A stretch of DNA of 64,000 nt from a virus (IMGVR_UViG_2974580128_000001); one strand, 5' to 3'. Counted from the stretch's first letter, positions 1-8,556 are shown. Notes: generated by a model from the letters alone, not told the origin. Numbers and translations are program-made.

Positions 1-24
1 TTAAAAATTTTTATGTTTATCTAT

Positions 25-53
25 TGACAAAAAGAAATAAACATTATATAATA
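25..53 (+). promoter_or_regulatory. Early sigma-A-type promoter (TTGACA-17-TATAAT)
   Basis: TTGACA at 25-30, 17-nt spacer, TATAAT at 48-53, then conserved 'tgtaagataaa' box and RBS aaggagggg; same architecture recurs about 15 times in 1-7300. Confidence 0.75.
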
Positions 54-80
54 AATATGTAAGATAAAGGAGGGGAAAAC

Positions 81-212
81 ATGAAAAGCAAAGTAAAAGC
101 CTTTTTCATCGCAAGGAGGGAAAAGAAAGAAGTAAAAGAGATTCTACAGACAAGAAACAAGGCAATAAACGAGCTTAAAAATTTAAATAAAAAACTTATA
201 CAAAACTATTGA
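81..212 (+). CDS. small early protein (43 aa, basic)
   Basis: ATG 9 nt after RBS aaggagggg, downstream of promoter 25-53; below the ORF-track size cutoff. Confidence 0.35.
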   Translation: MKSKVKAFFIARREKKEVKEILQTRNKAINELKNLNKKLIQNY

Positions 213-237
213 CAAAAAGAAATAAACATTATATAAT
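209..237 (+). promoter_or_regulatory. Early sigma-A-type promoter
   Basis: TTGACA 209-214, 17-nt spacer, TATAAT 232-237, conserved downstream box. Confidence 0.75.
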
Positions 238-272
238 AAACATGTAAGATAAAACAAGGAGGAAAAAGAAAC

Positions 273-461
273 ATGCAAAAGAAATTATACAAGAAAAGAG
301 ATTTTTATAAAAAGTTGGCTTCATTCGCTGTTATGTTTTTACTTGGTTCAGTTGTTACGGCGGTATTTTCGTTTACAGTGTCACTTATTATCGGTTTGAC
401 TTTATTCATTTTTGCTTTTATGATTTTCGATGACTTAGATTATACAGTAAGAAATAAATAA
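273..461 (+). CDS. small hydrophobic early protein (2 predicted TM segments)
   Basis: 62-aa ORF after RBS caaggagg; strongly hydrophobic core. Confidence 0.55.
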   Translation: MQKKLYKKRDFYKKLASFAVMFLLGSVVTAVFSFTVSLIIGLTLFIFAFMIFDDLDYTVRNK

Positions 462-480
462 AATTTTTTATTCAAAACTA

Positions 481-509
481 TTGACAATAAACAATATACA
501 TGTTATAGT
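481..509 (+). promoter_or_regulatory. Early sigma-A-type promoter
   Basis: TTGACA 481-486, 17-nt spacer, TATAGT 504-509. Confidence 0.7.
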
Positions 510-545
510 TAACATGTAAGATAAATAAGAAAGAGAGTGATAAAA

Positions 546-953
546 ATGGAAAACACAAAAAAATATACATTAGAGGGCTTGAAACAACTAGCAAAAGAAA
601 GCGGGTTTGAAATTGAGGAGGTAAAACCAAAATTACACGAGGTTAACCGTTATTATTGGAGCGGTAGCATTTACGGCGGTTCAGATTTCATTTTCATTGA
701 CCACGATTTAAAAATTATTGTAACAGGTAACACACGAGCAACAAAAAGCGACATGTATACAAGAAACAATACGGAATGCAAACGAAAAAGAGACTTAAAC
801 GAGGAAAAAGCTTATTATGAGGGGCTAGGGTATCAAGTATTTAATAATGGGGCTTTCTCTTATGAGGCTTTGCGGTTATTACAGAATGGAAGTGTTAACC
901 GTTCATTAAATAAAGAATACAGCTTACAAGAATTGCTTGACATGAAAGACTAA
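546..953 (+). CDS. hypothetical early protein
   Basis: ORF track 537..953; ATG at 546 follows RBS aagagag. Confidence 0.55.
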   Translation: MENTKKYTLEGLKQLAKESGFEIEEVKPKLHEVNRYYWSGSIYGGSDFIFIDHDLKIIVTGNTRATKSDMYTRNNTECKRKRDLNEEKAYYEGLGYQVFNNGAFSYEALRLLQNGSVNRSLNKEYSLQELLDMKD

Positions 954-963
954 CATATAAAAC

Positions 964-982
964 GGCGGGACACGTTCCCGCC
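964..982 (+). terminator. hairpin ggcgggacacgttcccgcc (copy 1 of 2)
   Basis: perfect GC-rich inverted repeat immediately after the stop of 546..953; identical hairpin at 3376-3394. Confidence 0.5.
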
Positions 983-996
983 TTAAAGGGGAAAAC

Positions 997-1254
997 ATGA
1001 AAGTACAAAAAGCACCTCGTAAGGTTTACGGATTTACAAAGAAAGCGGGGGAACAACTCGCAGACCTTATCAGCAAAAAGCATTTTAACCATTATGCAAA
1101 AGTTGGAAAAATTGAGGGGAACACCGCAACAATTAAAATTCATAGATTTAAAGAGGGAAAAGGAAAACCCGCAAAAGATTATAAAGCTAGTGTAAAAGTT
1201 GTTAGGTTGTGGCATGGTAACATTGCAGATTTTACAGACTTTAAAATAATTTAA
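997..1254 (+). CDS. hypothetical basic early protein
   Basis: 85-aa ORF with RBS aaagggga. Confidence 0.55.
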   Translation: MKVQKAPRKVYGFTKKAGEQLADLISKKHFNHYAKVGKIEGNTATIKIHRFKEGKGKPAKDYKASVKVVRLWHGNIADFTDFKII

Positions 1255-1269
1255 AATTTTTTAAAACTA

Positions 1270-1298
1270 TTGACATTAAACAATAAACAAGTTATAAT
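1270..1298 (+). promoter_or_regulatory. Early sigma-A-type promoter
   Basis: TTGACA 1270-1275, 17-nt spacer, TATAAT 1293-1298. Confidence 0.75.
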
Positions 1299-1331
1299 AA
1301 AGGTGTAAGATAAAGAAAGGAAGTAATAAAA

Positions 1332-1568
1332 ATGATTATTGCAGAAAACGAAAAATATTTATTAAAACACCCATTAAATTCTTGGGACATGAATTATCAT
1401 TTAATCGAAAAAGAAACAGGTAAAGACTTCTTAATTGATATTGACGACGTAGCAGGCAACGAGGAAGAAAGAGAAAAATATGATTTAGTTTTATTGTTTT
1501 CAGACTTGCAAAGCCTTAACACTGATTTATTGATTGAAAACAGTTGGAAAACGTTAGAAGACGAATAA
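1332..1568 (+). CDS. hypothetical acidic early protein
   Basis: 78-aa ORF, RBS aaaggaag. Confidence 0.55.
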   Translation: MIIAENEKYLLKHPLNSWDMNYHLIEKETGKDFLIDIDDVAGNEEEREKYDLVLLFSDLQSLNTDLLIENSWKTLEDE

Positions 1569-1588
1569 AAAAAATTTAAACTTTTCTA

Positions 1589-1617
1589 TTGACAAAAGAC
1601 AATAAACACTATATAAT
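1589..1617 (+). promoter_or_regulatory. Early sigma-A-type promoter
   Basis: TTGACA 1589-1594, 17-nt spacer, TATAAT 1612-1617. Confidence 0.75.
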
Positions 1618-1653
1618 AGACTTGTAAGATAAATAAGAAGGGAATTGATAAAA

Positions 1654-1908
1654 ATGAGTAAAAAAGCAAAGGTAAAAAACTATTTAAGAGAAAATGTTGA
1701 TTTTGCAGGTTTTAAAGCAGAAGTAAAAAATTCATGGTTAGCAAACCGACCAATTTCAGAATTAAGATATAACGGCGTAACAAGTAAGTATTTTTATGAA
1801 AAAAGTAAAGAAGCGGTAAAGCTTGCGGGCTATAAACACCCTGAGAGCGACCGAACTTGGTTAACTGTTAATGACGTAATAGCGGAACTAATCGCAGAAA
1901 CATTCTAG
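1654..1908 (+). CDS. hypothetical early protein
   Basis: ORF track 1645..1908; ATG 1654 after RBS aagaaggg. Confidence 0.55.
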   Translation: MSKKAKVKNYLRENVDFAGFKAEVKNSWLANRPISELRYNGVTSKYFYEKSKEAVKLAGYKHPESDRTWLTVNDVIAELIAETF

Positions 1909-1922
1909 GGAGGGACTAAAAA

Positions 1923-2300
1923 ATGACAAATAAAAATTCTAACATTCAACTAGCGTTATCAAACATTACACGTTATAAAGACATGAACGACTATAAACAA
2001 GACTATGAAACACTAGAAGAAGCGCAAGCCGATTTTAACGAAAAAGTGGAAAATGGTTTTATTCAAAATATTACATTAGCAACGTATAACGGCGCTACAC
2101 AAGAAAGCACATTTTACGAGCTAACAGACGAAAATATTTTAGAAGCTATTTATACAGACTTGCACGAAACTGATTCTTATGATATGTTACAAGAAATAGA
2201 AGAAAACACCGACTTAACAAAATGGGACTATATACGAGCTTATACAGAAATTTATAACGTGTTTACACTTGACGGGCTTGTGTACATTGAAAGAGATTAA
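1923..2300 (+). CDS. hypothetical acidic early protein
   Basis: 125-aa ORF, RBS tagggagg. Confidence 0.55.
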   Translation: MTNKNSNIQLALSNITRYKDMNDYKQDYETLEEAQADFNEKVENGFIQNITLATYNGATQESTFYELTDENILEAIYTDLHETDSYDMLQEIEENTDLTKWDYIRAYTEIYNVFTLDGLVYIERD

Positions 2301-2319
2301 GGGGGGACGGTGTGACAAT

Positions 2320-2493
2320 ATGAGACCGAACAAAAAACTAGAAGCATTAAAACGGGCTAGAATGGAAAAACTAGCCCGTGAGACAATCGAAAAGCCTATA
2401 GAGTTTATTTACAACGGTAACTATACACAAGAAGAAATGTATTATTTCATGGAAGAAAGAAAACGACTGAAAGGAATTAAAAAACGAAAATAA
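2320..2493 (+). CDS. hypothetical basic early protein
   Basis: ORF track 2269..2493; ATG 2320 after RBS aagggggg. Confidence 0.5.
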   Translation: MRPNKKLEALKRARMEKLARETIEKPIEFIYNGNYTQEEMYYFMEERKRLKGIKKRK

Positions 2494-2498
2494 AACAG

Positions 2499-2527
2499 TT
2501 GACAAAGAAAAATATACATGGTATATT
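2499..2527 (+). promoter_or_regulatory. Orphan early-type promoter with no ORF downstream (possible small RNA)
   Basis: TTGACA 2499-2504, 17-nt spacer, TATATT 2522-2527; no ORF and no RBS in the next ~70 nt before the next promoter. Confidence 0.5.
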
Positions 2528-2599
2528 ATACATGTAAACAAGGGAAACACCTATTCGGACGAACTCAAAAAAAGAGTATAAAAATTTTAGTCAAAACTA

Positions 2600-2628
2600 T
2601 TGACAAAAAGAAATAAACCTGATACAAT
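2600..2628 (+). promoter_or_regulatory. Early sigma-A-type promoter
   Basis: TTGACA 2600-2605, 17-nt spacer, TACAAT 2623-2628. Confidence 0.7.
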
Positions 2629-2656
2629 AAACTTGTAAGAAAAGAGGTAGTAAAAA

Positions 2657-2896
2657 ATGACGGTTAAAGTTTATAACACCTATCACAAGGAAACAGAGTT
2701 TTTTGATGGTACTATAGAGGAGGCAAGAAAAGAAAAAGAAAGCATGCTTTCTATTAAGGCGTGGGAACTAGCAGAAAATGAGGTAGAGGAAGATTGGAAA
2801 CTTTATTATAAAAGCTATAAAGAAGCTTTACAGGCTACTTATAACGATATATTTTTAACGTTATGTAGTGAAATAGAATACTCAATTGTAGAATAA
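2657..2896 (+). CDS. hypothetical acidic early protein
   Basis: 79-aa ORF, RBS aagaggtag. Confidence 0.55.
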   Translation: MTVKVYNTYHKETEFFDGTIEEARKEKESMLSIKAWELAENEVEEDWKLYYKSYKEALQATYNDIFLTLCSEIEYSIVE

Positions 2897-2915
2897 AAAA
2901 ATTTAAACTTTTCTA

Positions 2916-2944
2916 TTGACATTAAACAATAAACACTATATAAT
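2916..2944 (+). promoter_or_regulatory. Early sigma-A-type promoter
   Basis: TTGACA 2916-2921, 17-nt spacer, TATAAT 2939-2944. Confidence 0.75.
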
Positions 2945-2983
2945 AAACATGTAAGATAAATAAGAGAAAGAGGGAACTTAAAA

Positions 2984-3367
2984 ATGACAACTTTAAAAGA
3001 AGCATACAACGAAATTATTGAAAGCAACCTAAACAACCCAGAAGAACGCAAAACATACTTACAGGACTTAACACAACACGGGGCAATTAGCGGAATGGTT
3101 AGCGGTTTGATTTACTACCACGAAACAACTCAATTTTTTAATGAACACCGTGACGAAATTCTTGCAATGTTACACGAATTAAAAGAAGAAACGGGGCTAG
3201 ACGAAAAAGGGCTATTCGGTGACAAGTGGAACGATTGGGAAGACTTACTAGAAGACGAAGCGGACGACTTAGACCCGTTAGCAGACACAAACAATCAAAA
3301 TTTACTAGCATGGTTTGCGGTGGAAGAACTAGCAAAGAAAGAACTTGACGAACTAGAAGAAGCATAG
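2984..3367 (+). CDS. hypothetical acidic early protein
   Basis: 127-aa ORF, RBS agagggaa. Confidence 0.55.
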   Translation: MTTLKEAYNEIIESNLNNPEERKTYLQDLTQHGAISGMVSGLIYYHETTQFFNEHRDEILAMLHELKEETGLDEKGLFGDKWNDWEDLLEDEADDLDPLADTNNQNLLAWFAVEELAKKELDELEEA

Positions 3368-3374
3368 CAAACAC

Positions 3375-3394
3375 GGCGGGACACGTTCCCGCCT
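3375..3394 (+). terminator. hairpin ggcgggacacgttcccgcc (copy 2 of 2) followed by an A/T run
   Basis: identical to hairpin at 964-982; sits right after the stop of 2984..3367. Confidence 0.5.
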
Positions 3395-3429
3395 TACATA
3401 AAAAAATTAAAAATTTTTATGTTTATCTA

Positions 3430-3459
3430 TTGACATTAAACAATATAGATGATAATATA
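3430..3459 (+). promoter_or_regulatory. Early sigma-A-type promoter (weaker -10)
   Basis: TTGACA 3430-3435, -10-like gaTAATAT 3451-3459. Confidence 0.55.
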
Positions 3460-3485
3460 AGAGTATAGAAAGGAAGCATACAAAA

Positions 3486-3764
3486 ATGTTAGATAAAGAA
3501 TATTTACATCAGCAACTAGAAAGAAGTTTCTACCCTATAAATGATATTAAACGTTTATCGGTGCTACACAAGCAAGAGCTTAACAACTTAAAGAACCATG
3601 TAAGAAAGGGGGCTACACCGGAACACGTAGCCAAACAATTGGAAGAACTAACAAAAGAAATGAACGAGCTTTCTAACCTTGCGTGTTCATTAGAGTTATA
3701 TGTTAGAAGTGTAAAGAACCAACTAGGGAACGAACTAGGCAAAAACGTAAACAAACACGAATAA
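3486..3764 (+). CDS. hypothetical early protein
   Basis: 92-aa ORF, RBS aaaggaag. Confidence 0.55.
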   Translation: MLDKEYLHQQLERSFYPINDIKRLSVLHKQELNNLKNHVRKGATPEHVAKQLEELTKEMNELSNLACSLELYVRSVKNQLGNELGKNVNKHE

Positions 3765-3783
3765 AAAAATTTAAAAAAAGTTA

Positions 3784-3812
3784 TTGACATTAAACAATAA
3801 ACAAGCTATAAT
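3784..3812 (+). promoter_or_regulatory. Early sigma-A-type promoter
   Basis: TTGACA 3784-3789, 17-nt spacer, TATAAT 3807-3812. Confidence 0.75.
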
Positions 3813-3848
3813 AAACATGTAAGATAAATAAGAAAGAGAGTGATAAAA

Positions 3849-4262
3849 ATGAGTAAAACAGTTGAAACAGTTATTACATTGATGAAAAGAGCAGAAAAGA
3901 AAGGCGTAGCAATCAAACGAGCAAGACAACGGGACATGTGGGGCTTAGGAGAATTACAAGAAGTTTATCGAGTAGAAAACAACGGTAAAACAGTAAGCTT
4001 ATACCACTATGAAACACTAACCGCAAAAGTTGACCTCGAAAACATGCAACTAATAGAGATATACGGGGAAAGCCGTTCCGATGGTGATAGCGTGGCAACT
4101 TTCTTATCTGAGTTAGGTTTTAAAAATTTTGACTTTGGTTTTAAACCAGTAAACGGGGGCTTTTGGTTATTCACTAACAAGGACGGGGAAAGACAAGAAA
4201 CCTATCTAGACGAACAAGGGGAAACCGCCGTTATAAATGAATTTAATCGGGTACAGGCATAA
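3849..4262 (+). CDS. hypothetical early protein
   Basis: ORF track 3840..4262; ATG 3849 after RBS aagagagtg. Confidence 0.55.
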   Translation: MSKTVETVITLMKRAEKKGVAIKRARQRDMWGLGELQEVYRVENNGKTVSLYHYETLTAKVDLENMQLIEIYGESRSDGDSVATFLSELGFKNFDFGFKPVNGGFWLFTNKDGERQETYLDEQGETAVINEFNRVQA

Positions 4263-4267
4263 CAAAA

Positions 4268-4295
4268 GAAAGAGGGGGAAACCTCTCTTTCTAAA
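4268..4295 (+). terminator. hairpin agaaagagggggaaacctctctttct
   Basis: perfect inverted repeat right after the stop of 3849..4262. Confidence 0.45.
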
Positions 4296-4345
4296 GTAAA
4301 CTTTTTCAAAACAAGCAAACTTATACTAGAAAGGAAAGAAAACTA

Positions 4346-4537
4346 ATGAATTTAAAAGAGTGGGGCTATACATGGGACGGCATGAAAGAAATTACACGGG
4401 AACAAGCAAAGAAACAATACAAGGAAAAAGAAACATTTATTCTATATAGTGATGACACAGAAAGCCTTATCGAGTCAGAGGAACAATTTAATATAAAGGG
4501 CGTTCGTTACGGTGTGGAAAAGGAGGGGGAACAATGA
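4346..4537 (+). CDS. hypothetical early protein
   Basis: 63-aa ORF, RBS aaaggaaag. Confidence 0.5.
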   Translation: MNLKEWGYTWDGMKEITREQAKKQYKEKETFILYSDDTESLIESEEQFNIKGVRYGVEKEGEQ

Positions 4538-4731
4538 ACAAATTTCTAGAAGAAAGAAAATCAGACTTACTTATTCAACAAAAAGAACAAGCTCAAACCT
4601 TATTGCACTATATAGAGGAAAACAAAGAACCAGACCAAACCATCATACAAAGACAAACAAACAGGCTTAACAGGTTAAGCGCTCAAATATACGAAATTAA
4701 AATGATACAAAGAAAACTAAAAAGAATATAA
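4534..4731 (+). CDS. hypothetical early protein
   Basis: 65-aa ORF translationally coupled (ATGA overlap) to 4346..4537; RBS aaggaggggg. Confidence 0.5.
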   Translation: MNKFLEERKSDLLIQQKEQAQTLLHYIEENKEPDQTIIQRQTNRLNRLSAQIYEIKMIQRKLKRI

Positions 4732-4744
4732 GGAGAAAACAGAC

Positions 4745-4924
4745 ATGGAAACAGTAAAAGACATTAAAAGAATGATAGGAACACTAAAAGAGGATATAAA
4801 GCATAAAGAAAGCTATATAAAGGAATTAGACGAACAAGGAAGAATGATAGAGTCAGAACTATTGAAAGCAGAAGTAAAAGGAATGAGGGACGTTATTCAG
4901 GACATAGAACAAGCTATATATTAG
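4745..4924 (+). CDS. small coiled-coil early protein (59 aa)
   Basis: ATG 4745 after RBS aaggagaaaa; below ORF-track cutoff. Confidence 0.4.
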   Translation: METVKDIKRMIGTLKEDIKHKESYIKELDEQGRMIESELLKAEVKGMRDVIQDIEQAIY

Positions 4925-4938
4925 AAGGAGGGGAAAAC

Positions 4939-5142
4939 ATGAAAGAAGTTAAGCTTATTCAATTAGACAAGAAAGAAATAGATAGTTATCACACATGGGG
5001 CATATTTGACACAACGGAACCAATAGAAGACGGGGACAGAATTTCTATATATGACCATAAAACGGGGGGCGTTTTACTTATAGACGTTATAACAGTAATC
5101 AAGGAAACAGAAGGCTATTTCTTTCTTATTATAGAAGAATAG
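4939..5142 (+). CDS. hypothetical early protein
   Basis: 67-aa ORF, RBS aaggagggg. Confidence 0.5.
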   Translation: MKEVKLIQLDKKEIDSYHTWGIFDTTEPIEDGDRISIYDHKTGGVLLIDVITVIKETEGYFFLIIEE

Positions 5143-5531
5143 AGAGAGGAAAAGAAGGAAAAGAGCAAAGAACCCAAAAACCCAAAAAAAGACCAAAGAG
5201 CCTGAGATTTTCAAAAGTCGAGCTTTTCGGAACCCGCTTATAGGGGCGCACACTGTTTTTCTATAATTCTAGCACAAACAGGAAGCTAGAGGGCACACAA
5301 TAGCCCTAGGAAGCCACAGGAAGCCCTTAGAGCGGTTTTATATAGATTTATATAGAATTATCCATAAATAAACAGAACTATGCTAGAATGCTTTAAAATA
5401 GCTTAAAATAAATTGAAATATTTAAGAGTTTATACTTGCATTTCATCTCTTTACATGGTATAGTATAGATAGTTAAAAGAGAGCTTCATTATTCGGACGA
5501 GAAACAAAATAAAAAAAGTTGAGTTTAATGC

Positions 5532-5560
5532 TTGACAAAGTAAACTATACATGTTAATAT
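5532..5560 (+). promoter_or_regulatory. Orphan early-type promoter; downstream ~60 nt is hairpin-rich with no ORF (possible small RNA)
   Basis: TTGACA 5532-5537, 17-nt spacer, TAATAT 5555-5560; downstream gtgtggttagggttaaaccttacagg...accacac forms an extended stem. Confidence 0.45.
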
Positions 5561-5634
5561 AAAGGTGTGGTTAGGGTTAAACCTTACAGGAAAACGAGCA
5601 CGACCACACAAACAAAAAAATTTAAACAAATCTA

Positions 5635-5663
5635 TTGACATTAAACAATAACTAGTATAGTAT
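5635..5663 (+). promoter_or_regulatory. Early sigma-A-type promoter
   Basis: TTGACA 5635-5640, -10-like TAGTAT 5658-5663. Confidence 0.6.
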
Positions 5664-5696
5664 AAGGGTATAAGATAAAGAGAGGGGACAAGACAC

Positions 5697-5951
5697 ATGC
5701 AAAACGATATTTATTATACAATACAGGACAAAGACGGCTTTGCAGAATCTTATAATGAGTTAGGCTTTTCACACGAACTAGGAAACATGAAAATTATTGA
5801 CTATACCTATATAGCATTAGAGGGAGCAGAAAAAGGGGACACTGTGGAACTAGTGAAAGTACCTATTTTAGAGGGCTACCAATACCCATATGACTTTTTA
5901 GTAATTGATGAAATAGGTAAAGAACACTATATCTATTATGAAGAAAAATAA
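5697..5951 (+). CDS. hypothetical early protein
   Basis: 84-aa ORF, RBS agagagggg. Confidence 0.55.
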   Translation: MQNDIYYTIQDKDGFAESYNELGFSHELGNMKIIDYTYIALEGAEKGDTVELVKVPILEGYQYPYDFLVIDEIGKEHYIYYEEK

Positions 5952-5975
5952 TTTAAAAAAATTTCATCTTATCTA

Positions 5976-6004
5976 TTGACATTAAACAATAAACAAGCTA
6001 TAAT
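5976..6004 (+). promoter_or_regulatory. Early sigma-A-type promoter
   Basis: TTGACA 5976-5981, 17-nt spacer, TATAAT 5999-6004. Confidence 0.75.
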
Positions 6005-6037
6005 AAAGGTGTAAGGTAAAGAGAGGGAGGAAACGAC

Positions 6038-6184
6038 ATGGAATACAACACACTAGACGAATTATTAGACAGTAAAGAATTTAAGGACTTCATGGACGAA
6101 CTAGAGGACGATGGTTTTTTTGACCAATTCGAGGACGAAGAAGACGGGAACACACTAGCAGACACGGGACGTTATCCAGAATAA
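6038..6184 (+). CDS. small very acidic early protein (48 aa)
   Basis: ATG 6038 after RBS gagggagg; D/E-rich; below ORF-track cutoff. Confidence 0.4.
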   Translation: MEYNTLDELLDSKEFKDFMDELEDDGFFDQFEDEEDGNTLADTGRYPE

Positions 6185-6199
6185 GGGAGGGGCTTAACA

Positions 6200-6424
6200 A
6201 TGAAAGCAATTATAATTAAACAGCTTAAGGACGGTTACAACGGCATTATAGCACGTAAGGAAAACGGTTGGACAAAAGAGGAACTAATCAATTTTACAGC
6301 GGGCGTAAGCAATATACTATTTGACCTTATCAACGATTTACAGGGCGGGGGCTTTATCACAGACAAGGAAGCGGAGGAAATAGAGGAAGTATTTTCTAAC
6401 ACTATTGACACACTAGAATTTTAA
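6200..6424 (+). CDS. hypothetical early protein
   Basis: 74-aa ORF, RBS aagggagggg. Confidence 0.5.
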   Translation: MKAIIIKQLKDGYNGIIARKENGWTKEELINFTAGVSNILFDLINDLQGGGFITDKEAEEIEEVFSNTIDTLEF

Positions 6425-6433
6425 ATTAATCTA

Positions 6434-6462
6434 TTGACAATAAACAATAAAAATAATATAAT
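6434..6462 (+). promoter_or_regulatory. Early sigma-A-type promoter with a hairpin at +1
   Basis: TTGACA 6434-6439, 17-nt spacer, TATAAT 6457-6462; hairpin gtgagaggggcttttccctctcac at 6468-6491. Confidence 0.65.
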
Positions 6463-6515
6463 ACTAGTGAGAGGGGCTTTTCCCTCTCACTCACACAAGA
6501 AAGGGACTGACTAAA

Positions 6516-6704
6516 ATGGAAAATGTAAAAATTGCAATGAAAGCTATCCAAGAAGAAATAAACGAAACCACTCTAATTATAACGGCATATAAGAGACCGC
6601 CACAGTGGTTTATTGACCATCTAGACCGATTACAGAAAGCACACCTTTCACTACAAGACGTAGCAAGACAAATGCCAGAAATTACAGAAAGCGAGGTTAA
6701 CTAA
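6516..6704 (+). CDS. hypothetical early protein
   Basis: 62-aa ORF, RBS aagggac. Confidence 0.5.
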   Translation: MENVKIAMKAIQEEINETTLIITAYKRPPQWFIDHLDRLQKAHLSLQDVARQMPEITESEVN

Positions 6705-6706
6705 AA

Positions 6707-6973
6707 ATGAAATTAAAAGACTTTATCAAACTAGCAGAATCCAAAGGGGCTACACTAGAGGCATACAACGAGCTAGGAGGCTATGAACTGACTAGAGGGG
6801 ACATAGTAGACCAGAACCCCGTTTTAATTGCTTACATGCAAGGAGCTTACAGCGTAGAAATATCAAACAAGGAACTAGAAAACAAGGAACTATCGGAATT
6901 AGTATTTGTTTATAAGAATGTAAGTCTTATCTATCCAAATGAAAAAGAGTTATTTTCAGAACTAGGACTATAG
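6707..6973 (+). CDS. hypothetical early protein
   Basis: 88-aa ORF immediately following 6516..6704. Confidence 0.5.
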   Translation: MKLKDFIKLAESKGATLEAYNELGGYELTRGDIVDQNPVLIAYMQGAYSVEISNKELENKELSELVFVYKNVSLIYPNEKELFSELGL

Positions 6974-6989
6974 TATAACGGCATATAAA

Positions 6990-7022
6990 GCCCGTAGAGA
7001 GGTTTTAGCGGGCTTTATATAT
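6990..7022 (+). terminator. hairpin aaagcccgtagagaggttttagcgggcttt followed by an AT run
   Basis: inverted repeat agcccg...cgggct after the stop of 6707..6973. Confidence 0.5.
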
Positions 7023-7045
7023 AAATACCTTAAGGAGGAAACAAG

Positions 7046-7186
7046 GTGCTTACAGTGGAAAACGAGGGCGTTAGGTGGCTAGTGAGTAAAGAAGCATGGC
7101 GGGCGGGCTTTGCTATGGAGGTGCTAGGCTTGCCAGATTGTAAAATTAGTACAGTACTAAAGGCGGGCTATAAAGTTATTATTTAA
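7046..7186 (+). CDS. small early protein (46 aa, GTG start)
   Basis: GTG 7046 after RBS aaggagg; open to TAA at 7184-7186. Confidence 0.3.
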   Translation: MLTVENEGVRWLVSKEAWRAGFAMEVLGLPDCKISTVLKAGYKVII

Positions 7187-7203
7187 TTATTTAGTCTTTT
7201 CTA

Positions 7204-7232
7204 TTGACAATAAGCAATAACTTTGGTATTCT
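7204..7232 (+). promoter_or_regulatory. Early sigma-A-type promoter (weak -10)
   Basis: TTGACA 7204-7209; conserved tgtaagataaa box downstream. Confidence 0.55.
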
Positions 7233-7266
7233 ATATTTGTAAGATAAATGAAGGGAATTGATAAGA

Positions 7267-7533
7267 ATGAAAAATCTAATGAATGAAACTATCTATAGTA
7301 ATATTACATTAAACCTAACTAAGAAGGCGCAAGGCATTATATCCCAATATGTAGACCATAACGAGGGCTACCCAAGACAAAAGAACAGAGGTCACTACTA
7401 CCGCTATACAGTTACATTTATCAATGGTGAAACGTTCGAAAGTAATAGCAAGGCGGACATTGCTCACTATATTTCATCTATGACAGCGGACGAACTAGAA
7501 ACCATCATCAAGGAAGCACAAGCCGAGCAGTAA
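7267..7533 (+). CDS. hypothetical early protein
   Basis: ORF track 7258..7533; ATG 7267 after RBS gaagggaattg. Confidence 0.55.
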   Translation: MKNLMNETIYSNITLNLTKKAQGIISQYVDHNEGYPRQKNRGHYYRYTVTFINGETFESNSKADIAHYISSMTADELETIIKEAQAEQ

Positions 7534-7731
7534 GAAATAGGACTATACCAGTTAACCCCACCCCGTGGTTTTGCGACCGTATTTAGGGGCGGGGCTATCA
7601 GGGCACCCTCGACCCTCAGGCTTATTTTTTTTGGAGCCAGAATTTTTTCTAGAAATTTGGAAAGTCAACACTAAAAGTCAACACCTTATAACTAACCCCA
7701 CCCCGTTGATGAGGATGAGGTCTTTTTGTAG

Positions 7732-7983
7732 TTAGATTCCGTTATTCCAACCACCCACATCTTTATGAGTATCGAAACCACAATCAGGGCAGTAACCTGC
7801 TTGTTCTGCATCTGTTGGGTACATGCTATAGCTATAATAGAAAGCATACATCTCCATGTTTTCATGCGTACACTCTGATTCCTTTTTCTTATACGGGTAA
7901 GGACATGCAGGACAGGTAAATGTATACTCTCCTGTTGAACCAATTAAACGTTCCCCACATTTTGGGCAAATATCCGCAACCAT
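7732..7983 (-). CDS. zinc-ribbon protein (two CxxC pairs)
   Basis: internal ATG at 7983 preceded by RBS aaggagga; CPKCG...CPAC...CPDCG motifs; the longer ORF-track N-terminus overlaps 8000..8317. Confidence 0.55.
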   Translation of the reverse strand: MVADICPKCGERLIGSTGEYTFTCPACPYPYKKKESECTHENMEMYAFYYSYSMYPTDAEQAGYCPDCGFDTHKDVGGWNNGI

Positions 7984-7999
7984 CTTAATCTTCCTCCTT

Positions 8000-8317
8000 T
8001 TAGTTTGAATGTTTAACTTGTTCCGCCATATTCTTTGCGAAGTATGTCCAGTATTTATGAAAGTCTGCGAAGTCAAAGAAATACTCCCCAACAATCTCTC
8101 CTGCTTGATTGCGGTAAAGTGGTACTTTCGTTTTCTCGTCTTTATGGATTTCATACTCTGTGTCATTTAACGAAATCCATACACTACCCGGAGTCACACT
8201 AGTTACTGTTGCCTTATCACAACCTAGTATCGGGTCACGAAGTTCCGGTTTTGTGAAGACTATGTCCCCAACCTCCAATTTGTTTAATCGCTCTTTGTCT
8301 ATTAATGTTGTTTCCAT
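8000..8317 (-). CDS. hypothetical protein
   Basis: 105-aa ORF, RBS aaggaggaag. Confidence 0.55.
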   Translation of the reverse strand: METTLIDKERLNKLEVGDIVFTKPELRDPILGCDKATVTSVTPGSVWISLNDTEYEIHKDEKTKVPLYRNQAGEIVGEYFFDFADFHKYWTYFAKNMAEQVKHSN

Positions 8318-8340
8318 TTGTTCTTCCTCCTTAAAATTTA

Positions 8341-8556
8341 TTACATTCTCTCTATTTGTCTAAAATTGATTATTTGTAGAATAAATGTAGCAATTAGCAC
8401 TAGTATTCCGACTGTGCATAGTATAATAACGAGCCAAGGCGTAGGTCTACTTGCTTCATTTGTTAACTCCCAGTATACCCCATAGCCAAGTGCATAGGAA
8501 GCAAATAAGAGGAGTGCCCCCTCGATTGTTAATAAAACATAGATTAGATACTTCAT
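8341..8556 (-). CDS. small membrane protein (2 TM)
   Basis: 71-aa hydrophobic ORF. Confidence 0.5.
   Translation of the reverse strand: MKYLIYVLLTIEGALLLFASYALGYGVYWELTNEASRPTPWLVIILCTVGILVLIATFILQIINFRQIERM

Noticed and set aside
7534-7731. Possible tRNA or sRNA in the 200-bp gap between the early module and the minus-strand block
   Set aside because: Contains duplicated 'aaccccaccccg' segments and a T-run (likely the early-region terminator), but no acceptor, T-arm or D-arm complementarity that would support a tRNA
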